A stretch of 64,000 bases of DNA, from assembly GCA_965285935.1 (NCBI GenBank), contig OZ260662.1, positions 46,810,001-46,874,000 on the forward strand, in the 5' to 3' direction. Numbering within the stretch: the stretch's first letter is position 1; each line of letters starts with the position of its first letter. This stretch comes from Ophelia neglecta (taxonomy: Eukaryota). A program made the translations under genes and the position numbers. Positions 1-13,100 of the stretch are shown piece after piece. The notes under the pieces were generated by a model, which was given only the letters and a program-made list of their open reading frames with translations, was not told where the DNA came from and did no database searches.

Positions 1-158
1 TTAATTTCATAAGTTACATGCTTGTAAATAAATTTCAGTACCCCTGTATTTTTTGATGGGGTGTGATTATGTACTTGTTACAAATGGGAAGAAGAGCTTA
101 ACAAAGACACAGTGTTTTAATATCTATTGTCCATATACATATAAATATGATACACCAG

Positions 159-3100
159 GCACTGCGGGGTTCCAAACAACAGCTGGATGACATGATGGCT
201 TCCCAGATGGAAACTATGAAGAGACTAGAGGAAGAAAAGAGACTAGCCGAACAAATGCTGGCTAAGGTGATTTATTGTCATTACAAATTGCACAATGTAT
301 TCAATACATGTATTCATATGTGGCTAAAAGGAGACAACTGGCTCTTAGATATTTATAGTATACAGTGGTCCCTGCAATGTAGGGCCACCCCTAAAGCAAA
401 GGAAAAAGTGGCCCTCCATTGGAGGAAATTTAACATGGAAAAGAAAGGACATGGGAATTCAAAAACTGTCCTGCCTTTGCAGGTGACCCTTCCTCACGCA
501 GGCCCTACATTGCACGAACCACAGTACATGTTAACTTAATCTGTTCACTCTTTCTTAAAGGAGAGGGCAAACAAGAAGGATGTAAAGCCGCCAGTCAAGG
601 TTGTGCCACCACCTTCTCATAATTATAATGAGCAGGCACTGCTGGACCAAATCACCAAGTAGGCAATACTACTCCCTTACTTCTTTTAAGAACACCTCCC
701 AGAAAAATTGGCAAAATACAATAGAATCTAAATCCTTATTCCATTTCAATTCTAATTTATTTTCAAACCATACTGGGTGTCATCAAGTTCCTTTTGTCCA
801 AAATCTGTACTACTTAATAGTGTCTTTATTTATTATAGATACTGGTAGATAGTGGATGTGTTTGGCCAGTAGATAAACTTAGACTGTATATAAACCTAAA
901 CAGAATATAATCCTCGACAGTGAATATACACGTTAAATGTATATTTTCAGGTTAAAAAAAGAGATTGACAGAGTACACAGGACTTGGGAGAAAAAGTTTG
1001 CCATACTTCAGCAAAGGTAAGCAAAAATCTTTGGATTCTAACAGGGTCAATTATTTGTTTATAATTTGGTATTATTGGGGTAAAAATTAATTATTTTGTG
1101 TTTACAGTCATAGTGTTCATGCCTTGATATTATTGTGTTGCAGTCTGCATGCACTTAAAGATGAGAGCTTCTTGCGACAGACAATGCAGAGACAAGCTGC
1201 ACAGCTGCACCAGGCTGCAATTAGCTTTGCGGTTAGTATCTACTGAGTTTGTCAATAACTATTTTATACATTTGCACTGTTTGAATTTCATTAAACATGC
1301 ATGTACACCTACATCCATTGTCCTACTTATGTCACTTTTAAACCATTTTGCTGCAAACTTTTTTTCTGTATCCCACCATTTCTGTTTTCACCTGTTTTGT
1401 TTTGTTTTCTTCAGTATGATTCACCTATGGCTATTGTACCCACTGGTCAGCAGAAAAACACAGGCACAGGGCCAGGACCTGTTAACAAAAAACAACCATT
1501 GGTAATAAACTAATGAAGCTGCAAAGTTGCATTTGCATAAATTTCATACCAAATTATTAATGGGTTCAAAATATTAGGTAGATATTACATAAATCATGAA
1601 TGTGATGTTGCTATATAGCATAGAAATTGATATTAATAGACACAAAGCAAACTGAACTTTTAAAGTGTCAGCTGAATTTCCTTTCTATGCTGTGTGTTTC
1701 TAGCCTGATATTCGCTCTAAGGGAGGAGCCAAGTCGCCGGCTGATTTCTTATCGTACACAGTGTCAGCTCCTAGTGGTCGGGCCACTACAGTATTCTCAA
1801 CAGATGGTAAGTCTTTGTTTTAAATGATCTACAAATCTTAAATCTAGTATAACATGAATGTCAATGATCTTCTTCGAAAACTATCTACATGTAGATATTT
1901 TATACATGTAGATCTACAGGTAATATTGATTTGAATAAATAGGTCTATTTCTAATGTGGTTTTTTGAAACTAAAACTACACGCATTTACTTACCATTTAC
2001 AGAAAACCAAGTAATGTCAGATGGGGAAGACAACTTACCACCTGATATCATGCCCTTACCATCACCTCCTCAAAGGTAAGAAACTCACCATTAGCTCAAG
2101 AATATTATAATACATATGCATGCTTTTATATTACTGGATCAATTCTTTCCTCATGCATTTGATGTGATATTCAAAATGGAGATGCAAGGGACACATATAT
2201 ATGTAAAAATGAATCTTCTGTGTTAGAATTTAACAACTGACTTTTATTAAATGCTTCCCTATAGATGTTAAATGTTTGAGAAGAATGGTGCCAGGAATAT
2301 AGATTCATCTGTATGTTTTTCGCTTGTAATTAAACATTTAATAAACAATCATTTGTATATTTCATTTATCTTGTTGAGGTGCTTTTATTACCATGATAGA
2401 TTTAGTCAAATTAGTGTATTCATCTAGAGCCTTGTTTTTCTCCATTGTCTTTACATTGATATATAAATATAATATTATATATATGTACTATAAAACATCA
2501 AATTTTCATGGCATCAGATTTTTACAGAGCCAAGTAGGCCAAAATTAAGGTTGTGCAAGATTTTATTTTCAAGATTACCAATAGGTGCCAAGGAGAGCAA
2601 TTTTGAAGAAAAACTTTTGCAGTATATTATCTTCATGACTGCTTATTTACGATATTCTCATGAAAATCAAGTGCAAACAAAATTTATGTTTTGTAGTACT
2701 ACATAGAAACTTGCTTGAACTTTTGTGTGCCCAGTTGGTCGATGCTTTAAGTTTTTCTACATATTTTTCAATTAATTAGCAAATATTTTTGTTGAAAAAC
2801 TCATCTAGTTATATATTATTTGAATAATCATATGATCTTGGCCAGGTTAACAGGACTGATGGGTATATATGGTCTATAGTGCTTACCCAGTAGATTATAA
2901 TTTTATTTCAGTTATCGAGTTTATGATTCACTTGCTGCTTACATTAAGTCGTGAACCTTGAGGCTTTATTTAACTGGTACAAAGTTTTACATGTCTGCAT
3001 GTTTTTCTGTGTTAAGGACACCATATCCAAATTAATCCATAAAAACTGTGTCAGGTTTTTTACCTTATTGATTTATACTTATATTGATGTACATTTTTCC

Positions 3101-4931
3101 TCTTCTCCTCCTACTTAACTTTGTGCATGTTGGTGTTTGAACTAAGCTAACTTCCCAGTTACAACCTTTGGTTATAGGCTTCAGAGTATTTTAAAACGGA
3201 CTGAACATTCATTTGGTATGAGCACATTTTGGGAGAGGTTGCACTCTCTATTTACACATTAATTTTAGATATAAACATATTGCAAGAATTGCAATTTTAC
3301 TGGATCTGGAGGCCAGCAACAACACTGAAGCTTCTTTTCATAGAATATGTGAAGAAAAAAACAAATACATGTTTTATAAAACAGTCATTTTCACTTTTAG
3401 TATTTGAGTAAACTAGTATGTATTTGATTAAGCTTCAGTTTGTTTTGGTTACAAGATTTGCTCTAATTTGAAAACAATTTTCACCTGCACTTAATATTTT
3501 ATAGTACACAATAGGATTGCCATTCACCATGCTTTTATGTTATAACAATTACTTCAAAGAACAAATCATGATGCTAGAAATTTTTATATAATTGTGTTAT
3601 GTGTAACTCAATCATTTGACATATTAGTACCTTGCTTACAGTAATCAAATATGTAATATGGTGTGCGCCTGTCTTCTGCCAACTTTCTTTACTCCCTACT
3701 CCTACTCCAGTACTTATTGGATCTTCATATTTTTGTAAAATTTGAAACTTTAATTTTTCTTTATCAAAGTGGATGATTTTGTTTTCGATTTAAAAAAAAA
3801 ATTCCTACCTCTCTCTCAATCTGGATGGGATCATCATCAAGTTCTACCGGAAGGTTCTTCCCTTGATCCTTAAAACATACAATGACAACTTTAAAAAGCT
3901 GTTTTGTGGTTAAAAGTGTGCATTTTTTATGAGCCCCAACTCTTCACTCAGTGGGATCCTTTTCAAATAACACCTGAAGATTCTTACTGCGTTTCCTCAT
4001 TGAACAATGATCCAAAATTGTGAAAATTTCTTTTTCATTTTTTTGCAAATTTTTGAAATATATGATTTAAATCAGTTCTCCTCCCTGAGTTTTTTAGTTA
4101 ATTCTTTAAATACTTTCAAAAGACACTGTGATACACATCTTGCCAACATTTGAAAAGTGCCAGTTGAGGAAAATTGCCATAAATTCAAATTATATAAAAT
4201 GGTAAATATATATTACTGCCCATGTCTGCCTACAAGGTAGAGATAAGCCTACCAGTTGTATAAAATCACATAGCCTTGTCACATCTGCCCTTGACCTATT
4301 TTCCAAGACTGAGTAAGAAAACTAGGTTTTCCACACCTTGTGGTGAATAAATGGTGCAAGATATGCATGAAAAACATGTAGTGTACTAACAGGAAATCAT
4401 ATTCAAGGAATCCAATAGTAATCTTGATTTTGAACCTAATGGTGACATTCATTTTGACCTATTTTCAAGGTCATAAGAGAAAAATATGTCTCAAACTGTC
4501 TGTGGACATTCAGTTAATGGTGCAAGGTAGGCATGGCAAACAATTTGTAACTTAAAGATTGTTTTTTTTTTAGTAACCAACATTTTTAAATATAACAGCA
4601 AAGATCTCATGATTGGCAGATCACTTCATTTGTTATATTTAAAATGTTTATTCACTTTGGTTTATCAAATTTAGACAATTGAATGTTATAAAAATATTAT
4701 TCTTAACATGTCAATTAAAAATGTTACTCAGGTGACAGCTTGTTACAATAATTATTGTAAAAACATTTATTATACTTATTATATGAATAACATTCTTTTA
4801 CTTGCTGAATTTTATTCAGTAATTTGTACAAATATAATTAATTGATCTTATTTTTCAGACAAACCTCAATGACTGATTCAGAAAATAAGGGCTCAGCAAA
4901 GTCAAGAATGAAAGTAGTGATTCCTTGCTGA
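159..4931 (+). CDS. C10orf67: C10orf67-like coiled-coil protein, 3' part (5' end lies before the window); exons 159-266, 561-658, 951-1016, 1144-1231, 1415-1501, 1704-1806, 2003-2075, 4859-4931
   Basis: Eight GT-AG exons join in a consistent phase to give ALRGSKQQLDDMM...KLKKEIDRVHRTWEKKFAILQQSLHALKDESFLRQTMQRQAAQLHQAAISFA...MKVVIPC* (TGA 4929-4931). The WEKKFxILxxSxHxLKxE block resembles the conserved C-terminal region of C10orf67 as I recall it. Confidence 0.7.
363..524. mobile_element. ~160-bp MITE, Tc1/mariner-pogo (Tigger)-like
   Basis: Left end CAGTGGTCCCTGCAATGTAGGGCC; right end reverse-complements to CTGTGGTTCGTGCAATGTAGGGCC. Flanked by TA on both sides (361-362, 525-526). Confidence 0.8.
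2486..2698. mobile_element. Degenerate MITE with TA-flanked inverted ends
   Basis: TACTATAAAACATCAAATTT at the left versus reverse complement TACTACAAAACATAAATTTT at the right. Confidence 0.5.
4291..4535. repeat. Degenerate ~165-bp tandem repeat (TTGACCT-type, satellite/Helentron-associated-like)
   Basis: TTGACCTATTTTC at 4291 and 4454, and AATGGTGCAAG at 4350 and 4516, giving a period of 163-166 bp. The family assignment is inference. Confidence 0.45.
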
Positions 4932-7012
4932 TAATGAATGAGTTAACCCGAGGATATGTAAATTTGTAAACAATGGCTAGCATATTATATTCTCTATTAC
5001 AACATTTTATTTGAAATCCAACTGAGGATGATTAGTAGATCAGAGAATCAAATCTCAAGTTTGTATTACAAACGTGGAATATGTTTTATTGCATTCAAAT
5101 TGGGAAATCCATGGTTTTTGGACTATTGAAATCAATAGTGCAACCTTGATTTTACATTATTAGCTATGTCTATTTTATATATTTGTATATACTGTAGAAA
5201 GTCTTTATTATCAATATGGCATTGGAAGTGTGGTCAATGGCTTGTTTTGAATAAATATGAGTATTAACTAGATCCAAGTGTTATGTGTATATTTTGTATA
5301 TTATAAGTTAGTAAATGGTGAACAATAAACTTTGACTTCTAACCTTTATCCACTTCATTTGTTTTATGCACTATGTTAATGGGATATATTATAGTATATA
5401 ATATATGGGATATGTTATAGTATATAATATATTTCACCACAAATCCATCTGTAATAGTAATATTTAAGTTTCATTTTACATATATTAATTAAATCTATGT
5501 AAAATAAGAAGTATTCGTCTTAGAGTTAGATGCAAAATATTACTCAATATAGAGACGTGACAGTAGAATTTATTAAATTTTTTCCACTCTTAGATTGGGA
5601 AAATCATTCTATGTTTACACCGTTGAGCCATTAGAATCCACCTATAGTTGGGCTACCAGGTCTTGCAAAAGATCAAAAGACAAAAAAAAACAATGTCTTT
5701 GGATATAATTTACATACATTTCATACCCCCTAACTTGTAGATTTCAGGATCTAGACTCCAAATAAAAATATCAATGGTCCTGTCTGTCCAAACTCACAAT
5801 TAATTTGTCAATGGTTGTGGAGAGTGGATTATATTTTTTTGGAAAACAATTGTTGGTTGTATGTGGAAAAAACTTTCCCAATTTCTGCATAGATCTAAAT
5901 ATATTTAGTTTGGGCCAAAGTTAGTAATAAATATCATTTATTGCCCCAATTGTTTATTTTGTAGAGACAAAAATTGCATGTTTAAAGTGTAGAAATAGAA
6001 AACAAGGTAATTATAAAGTTATCGAATCCCTAGACTTCTAAAAAGCAGTAGTATACGTGAAGTAGTAGTTTCTGTTGGCATGTAAAGTTGGCTGGCTGAC
6101 TGGATCCTATGATAGCAGAGGAGGGCTCTCAGGTCCTGTTCAAATACTTTATTTCTCAGGTCAAGACCCCTCGCATTAGCAATATGCAAATTGGCCTACA
6201 ACTTAATTATATCTAACCCGCTAAACTCAAACGTCTCCATTCTTTCAAATAAGCTCTAAAAAATACAAACTCTTATGCGACGAAATGCACGTAATACTCA
6301 AGACTGACTGATTTTTTTGGGTATTTACAAGAAGAAACAAAAATTGTGCTTGCCGCCAACAGTTAATTTTGTCAACCAAAGGTGGTCTGTATGAATTTGT
6401 TTACGCAATTTAGTACATTGCTAACAAAATCTTTGAGAACAACATCAGTTTTAAACTTTGAAGTCGCCAAAGGTAAAATTAATACATGTATGCCACCAAT
6501 TTTAGAACAGTAATCACCAAATCTATCGTTTGCCAAAAAGCAATACAAAAATCATAATTAACTTTTTAACAACTCAAATATATGTATGTTGCAGGGCTTT
6601 GTTCAATATATCCAATGAAAACACATGCTCCTCATGTTCTTTTCTGAATTTCTATTTTAATTTCAAGTAGATATACAATGGTTATTAATGAACAAGTCGA
6701 AAGAAATTCAGTGTACATTGCTTGCATGCAGTAAACTACTTGGCTCTCGAAGTTGTCGAGAGGTTAATCTTGCAGGCTTTTGACCTTTGAACGGCAATTT
6801 AGCTAACACTTCTTCGGGTTGTTTATTTGCCACCTTGTCTGGTGCTTTTGGGACATGTCAGGATATGCCCATTATCTTATCACTAAATCACTTATAATCC
6901 GCTGTTGTATACTTCCTCTTTTAACATTATTGCTGGATAAAGCAGGACATGTTTTAACATACACCCAATTTAGCGCCAATTATTGCGGAAAGTGATATTA
7001 AGTTGGAACAGA

Positions 7013-8710
7013 ATGCCCGAGAAAGATTCTTCTGAAGATACTTTTAATGAATTGGCCCTTACAGTGTCCTCGGATATCCCTGAGACGCCATACGGCCATG
7101 TGATCCAAAACTTCGCTGATGCTGAGGTTCATTTGAAGCCATGGTCCAAAACCGGCTTCAGTATCATTTTTAGAGGTTCTAGTAATGTAAGTGATCACCC
7201 GGAATACGTAGATCGAGTGATAAGGATCCATAGGGAAGGAGTCGTAATACTGGCCGACGACGGGCGAGACTTCGGCAATGGCGGTTGTCAGATTATCGGG
7301 AATCTGGCCGTATCTGAGGAGCCCGGGACAGCAAGCTACGTTCAAACCAGCTCGGCAGTTCGCTTCCCCGACAGCGGTGTTATCTACTACCCCCAAGAAA
7401 CCCAACCGTATGTCTTGATACTAGCACTAGGCGATGAAGTCTCTCCCAGTGACTTTCGAGCTTTTTATTTCACAGGAGAGACCGGCTTCCAAGTCGCACC
7501 GGGCGTGTGGCACCAGGTGCCGTTCCCAGTCTCCAGCAATCTCACCGAGTTCTCTGTCAAGGAGAGTAGAGTGTTCACGAGCCAAACTGTCGACTTTGGG
7601 AGCACGACGGGGCAGGCGATGAGAGTAAGCCTTGACCCACCATTTAGTCGTGACCATTCGATTTATTTAGAAGAGAAGAAAGAGGATGAGGCCGACGTTA
7701 TCGGTGATGGGCAACCCGGTGATGTTGCCTTTGAAGATGGCGGACAAGAAGACCGCTTGAACGAAGAGAGTGATGAAAACACTGGGGAGTATACTTTTGT
7801 CCAACCTTCCGCAGAAGATGCGAACGAAGATGAAAAAGAAGACGAATATATTGCCGAAAATCATAAACCCCAACCAGTACTTGGTGACCAAGAGGAAGCC
7901 TTTGTTGAAGACATTGGACGCGAAGCGGAGAAAAAAACTGAAGGCAGCAATGACCCAGGCCTCGCTGAGGTGACGAAAGTCGATGTTGAACAAGATAATG
8001 ACTCCGTCGTGGATACTGATCGGCCCAGTGAAGACGCCCGGCCCGAAGGCACTCTTTTGACTGCGTACACGGAAAGAGCTATAAAGGAATATTTAAATGG
8101 GGATTTAGGCTTAGAACCAAATACGGAAAATGTAACGTTAGATAGTCCCAAGGCTGAAACGAACAACGTCGACGAAAAAAATGACAAAATCCAAGAACAC
8201 GGAGCCGATATCATTGAGCAGCAATCCGCTAAGGAGAGCGAGGAAAAGAACGACCATGAGGAACTTAATGAAGGTAATACAGACGATCTACTAGAAACGG
8301 CTTCAAAAGCACAGCTACAGGAGGATATAGTTAAGGATAACCAGGGCACCGATGAGGAGAGAAATGACAAAGAAGACATGACGCGGGAAAAGAGGCATGT
8401 GGTGGGGTTCAGAGAGGACCTTGTTACAGAAATACCCGAAGACCTAGAGGAGAAAGAGCAAAAAGAGGCAGATGAAGAGATATCAGTCGAAGAGCCAGGT
8501 CATGAAGAAGGAACAAGCCGAGAGCACTCAGAGATGAATTCTGATAAAGACGGCTATATTGATGTACATAGCGGAGATGAAACCGACAACAAGAGCAACA
8601 CCTCTGAAACGAAAATAGAAACAGGAGCAGCTGATGTTCTCCCAAGCAATGCAGAGGCAAGGTCAACTCCTGATCTCGAAGATACAACCACTGAAGAAAA
8701 TCATAAGTAA
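7013..8710 (+). CDS. Intronless 565-aa protein: N-terminal ureidoglycolate lyase (AllA)-like cupin domain, probably degenerate, plus a long Asp/Glu-rich disordered tail
   Basis: Uninterrupted, GC-richer 1.7-kb ORF with first ATG at 7013. YYPQETQPYVLILALGDEVSPSDFRAFYFTGETGFQVAPGVWHQVPFP matches the AllA-family FxAF...GxxxxPGVWH motif. From about residue 220 the sequence is dominated by E, D and K. Confidence 0.75.
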   Translation: MPEKDSSEDTFNELALTVSSDIPETPYGHVIQNFADAEVHLKPWSKTGFSIIFRGSSNVSDHPEYVDRVIRIHREGVVILADDGRDFGNGGCQIIGNLAVSEEPGTASYVQTSSAVRFPDSGVIYYPQETQPYVLILALGDEVSPSDFRAFYFTGETGFQVAPGVWHQVPFPVSSNLTEFSVKESRVFTSQTVDFGSTTGQAMRVSLDPPFSRDHSIYLEEKKEDEADVIGDGQPGDVAFEDGGQEDRLNEESDENTGEYTFVQPSAEDANEDEKEDEYIAENHKPQPVLGDQEEAFVEDIGREAEKKTEGSNDPGLAEVTKVDVEQDNDSVVDTDRPSEDARPEGTLLTAYTERAIKEYLNGDLGLEPNTENVTLDSPKAETNNVDEKNDKIQEHGADIIEQQSAKESEEKNDHEELNEGNTDDLLETASKAQLQEDIVKDNQGTDEERNDKEDMTREKRHVVGFREDLVTEIPEDLEEKEQKEADEEISVEEPGHEEGTSREHSEMNSDKDGYIDVHSGDETDNKSNTSETKIETGAADVLPSNAEARSTPDLEDTTTEENHK

Positions 8711-9816
8711 ACAATCGAGATTCTCAATTGCCAAACCCCCAAAAAAGGCAAGAATGTATCATCTCATAAATAATTATTGGTAGTAGTACAGGTACATGTC
8801 TACAAGCCATAGTTAAATGTACATGTTATTTTCGCTATTGTTTTCAATTATCTTATAAATGGTACTTTGTTGCATTTCTTAATTTTTGCTATCGAGTTGG
8901 TGAAGTTAATGCAGCCCAGGAAACCTTTTTCTGGTATCCTACAGTGACTGTTAAACTGAACAAGCTACTTCGATTCACGTTATCAGTCATGATGTAAACA
9001 CTTTAATCCTAATTGATGGTCAATTTGACAGACACTTTAATCAAAGTGTTGGTTATTGTCGACGGCAGTGTCCTATATCAAAACTACCGCTGTGCTTCGA
9101 TTATTTCAATGACATGCTTAAATAATTATACGTGGAAAACATTATTTTGTTTCGTCTAACCATAAGGAAAACTAATGTTCATTTTGACCGATAACACTTG
9201 AAACATGAAATTTCTTTTCGCTTTGTTGCAGAATGTTGACATAGCAAAATTTTGGTGTGCTCGTCGCACAATGATTTAAACATGATTTAGGGAACCAAAC
9301 TTCTAGGAATATCTGTACGTTTCATCAAAATTAGTTACATGCGTGATCCTCATTAGCAGAAAAAGTTGACCTAGTTTGCAAGCGCGATGTTATGTGAACT
9401 AATACTGAGAATTAAGTATTCTGGTGTTTACTCGTATACAAATAATCATTTCAAACAACGATGTATAAATCACAAATAAACTAGCCATGCGCTATACAAA
9501 CCAGTGACAGCTAGTGACAAATTGAATATAGATAGCAACATATTTCTGATAGTTAAAATGACAATAAAAAATGTAAGGGGAATCTAAATAGAATCCCAGT
9601 ATAGGCTATCATGAATTCTATGTGGATGGCAAAGAAACAAAACCATTGTTTTTGTGGAATTGATTGGATATTCTCTGTTTTGTAATCAGCAAGTTGTTAT
9701 CGTGTTTTAACGTACATACCACGGTATATGTTTAAAATTGAATATGAGTTGTGCTTCACGAAGTGCGTTGAGGTGTACCTGTTATACAATAATCTTAGCA
9801 GCAAGGTGCCGTTTAT

Positions 9817-10150
9817 CAGGAAAAAAACCATCCGAATTAAATTAGAACTCTAGTTTGTTTCTGTGGACGCTTCAGGGTGTGGGTGGGTGAATGGGATGCC
9901 GCCTTTCACAGTAATCAATGTAGAGCCAGCAGCTTTAAACCCTGTTTAACACAGGGTAGTGTGGATTTGCAGGTTTACAGTATTATTGATGCTGGGTGCT
10001 CCTTGTTGCTGGGTGCTCCTTGTTGCTCTAGGGTGAATGATGGGGAATGAGTTAACAGTTTAGCAGGAAAAAGAGGTCCGAAATGAATAAGAATTCTAGT
10101 TAGCGGTAACTTTTAGGCTAAGTTGGTTAACTTGGGTGAATGGGATGGCT
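9817..10150. repeat. Diverged local direct duplication (~85-bp cores ~250 bp apart) enclosing a 17-bp dimer
   Basis: CAGGAAAAA...TCCGAA...AGAA(C/T)TCTAGTT...GGGTGAATGGGATG occurs at ~9817-9898 and ~10064-10147. GCTGGGTGCTCCTTGTT occurs twice at ~9991-10024. Confidence 0.55.
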
Positions 10151-13100
10151 CTAATATTTCAACTTGCGACCAATATTTATGGACCAGTAGGTCATCAAGG
10201 ATGACTGGGACCTAAGGTCAAGTGCCTAGGCATACATAAAGGGGTAGTGCATTCTAGATCTTCTGAATAAAATGATGGTAGAAGCAAAGCTTATTTATGT
10301 GGATAATGATTCATTATATGTGAAAGATAAACATGATGGATTTTTGAATTAAAAGGGCATGGTAACCTAGTTACGAAGAGTAAATATGTCTAGAGAGCAG
10401 ATAAACTCATATAGCCTTACTCCTATAGTAACCGATTAAGTTTTCGAAAAGGAAATAGCGTTATAACTATATATTAAATATGTATATAACAACTTCTATA
10501 TGTTAAAATTAACTTTAGATACTAATTGGCTAGACCCCCTCTCCCAGTTGAATATAGGCCTAGTGGCAACAGTGTTCTTCATACAAGACGCTCATAAAAA
10601 GTCATTATTAGCTATGAATAGTGGAAGGAATAGGTTAAGCCCTTAAATCATAGTGTGCAGCAAATGCTAAAACATCCAGGAGCAAGCACCATGAGGCCTG
10701 GGAATAGATTATTTTGAGATTTGAAATTGTTAATTTTATATATTTAATGCACAAAATCTTTTGCCCCCCCCCCCCTTCCGGGAAAATGGAAAAAAATTGC
10801 CCCCAACTCCTCCCCCCCCCCCCCCCCCCAAAGTATTTTTTGCCCAACCCCCTCGGATGGCTTTATTTATCAAATATTTATCAAATTAATTTCTCCCCCG
10901 CGTCATAAATTTTCCCCCGCGTCATAATTTCTGACAGGTCCCTAAATGAATGACATCTGAAAAAATAAGGCAATCATCAGCAGGTCATCCCTGCATAACA
11001 AAGAACAGCAACATACATTACTACTCGCTATCAACAGATTAAGCGAACACAGGTTCATTGATAATGATACATGTACTTTTTAAATCAAAATATCTGGGCT
11101 TTTCTAATTTCTTTCCCATCTTCCATGTTGCAAAAGTATATAAAAATGAAATACATTGATTAGAAAAAATTAATACTAAAATCACGTAATTGACTATTTG
11201 AACAAAAATTACCATGGTAACTAGTTCCAACCAAAAGCAAAATGAATAAAGTTACTACAGTAAGGATAATTCTGTACAGTTGCCTACTGTAAACATGGAA
11301 CCACTAAACTGTTCCAGTGTAAACTTGTAAATACTGTGAAAAGTTGTCCAGGAAATGGGTGTTTTCACAAGAAATTGTGTCCTGGGAATGGTTGTTCTTT
11401 GAAAAGGTTTTATCCGGGAGAAGGGGTGCTTAAAAAGAATTTGCCGCTAATCCCCCACACTAACCCCCCCCCCCCGCCCCCCCCCCCTTACCCCCTGAAG
11501 GAAAATTTCTGGAACAGGCCTAGACAGGTCTTCCGTGATTGGTGAACATCATACGAAATACACGCAATCATGATATGAAAATAATCATTCAAACAGTTGG
11601 TCGAATCTAGCATCGGGAAAGTATTAACTCAAACAAAGGCAAAGCTATTAGCGCAGACAACATGGCCTGCTCTGGATCTATTCTACAATACCAAACATCT
11701 TTTATAAGAAAAAATGTTCTGTTCTTGATTTTAACCTTAATTTGATAATAACACACTTTAAAATTTATTTAAAGCTGTTGCATCTTTGTTTGCCATGCTG
11801 TTTCATGTCATAGTGCATTAGAACGTCTTTAAAATTCAGGCTATACCAGACTGTTAAGGAGGACTGGCTTAATATTTTGATCATACTTTTATCCACTAGC
11901 TTCTTGCATATCATATTGACATTACAGTACTTCTTCTTTGTATATAATGCACATTCAGAATACCATACCTATGAGAATACTACGTGTTTCTTCTTTAACG
12001 AACTTTTCGCGCCATAGCATTGTCACCGGCGCCATCATGCGGCTATGGTGTTGCCGCTCTACGAAGCGGGTCCAACGTCCTATGACCTGACCCAAATTGA
12101 CCAGCAGACTACAAACATCTTTACGGAAGTACGCGTTTATTGGCTGGCTTTGTTCAACTGTGTTTGCAGTTCAGTTCAAAACAGTTGTTGATGACCTATG
12201 CTGTGATAACAGTCGGTGGGCAAAAGGGAACATTGAGGAGTCTACCCGATCGAATTTAAACAGTTAAAACCAGCTAGAATCATAGAGTGATATTGCAACC
12301 TGGAGACCGTCTTATTTACATGTAATTACTAAGCTTCTTCACGAATTCAATTGTTTATTGTTTTTAGAAGGTCGATAGAGTAAACTATAATGCATGTTGC
12401 CGAGTTTGACGAAAATAAAGACAGACCTTCATAAAATTAAGGGACGGGACTCTATAATTGTATCACATGCAAAACCGGCATTTCCATTATTTATCAGTGC
12501 CGAGGCATGAAAGCCTTTTGTAAATTTTTCCCTACCCTCCTAATTGATTTTATTGCAAAGATTGGTTCTTTCCACAATGTTGTAAGCATTGTTCACAAAC
12601 AATTTCCTTGGATGTTATTAGTAAATTATCAACTTATTAAGACACCCCCCTCTGCATTTGGACCAATTCCTATCACATGGTCCCACAATTATGCAATTAT
12701 TCAGTCCCTCAAAATTTATCAGAATATTAATTTTAAAGGGACCTTTTAAACAAAATTGCGTATGTGCGCAAGCTTAGAATATATAAAATCTCTAGGCTTT
12801 GTCCAATTTTCCAGATTTTTTTTATTAATTGGCTAATATTATGTCATCATGGCTAATACTGTCCTAGTGCTATGACTAATGATTCATTTATGTTAATTTC
12901 CATCCCTGCTACCAGTAAAATGTGTTTTTGCATTTAGTACAAATTATTACCAGGTGTGTGTTTATAGGGGGGGGGGGGGGGAAGAGACAGAGAGGGTTAG
13001 ATTCCACTTAGGGGTTTTGGTAAATTGAGCAATAAAAAATGATTATTTTAATTTCGATCCGATTTGCACAGCTAGAGGTAGAAAATTATAAATGAAGTGC

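Noticed and set aside
6983-7012. ORF-track start for the 575-aa protein
   Set aside because: It is a TTG start; in a eukaryote the first ATG at 7013 is the reasonable start.
7861-8379. 172-aa Ser-rich minus-strand ORF and other ORFs overlapping the cupin gene
   Set aside because: Antisense or alternate-frame shadows of the Glu/Asp/Lys-rich coding strand.
10714-11545. Poly-Pro ORFs and a ~33-bp degenerate repeat (KSCPGNGCF-like)
   Set aside because: Translations of poly-C tracts and repeat-element fragments. The two TIR-like right ends (~10945 and ~11522) have no matching left ends that I could find.
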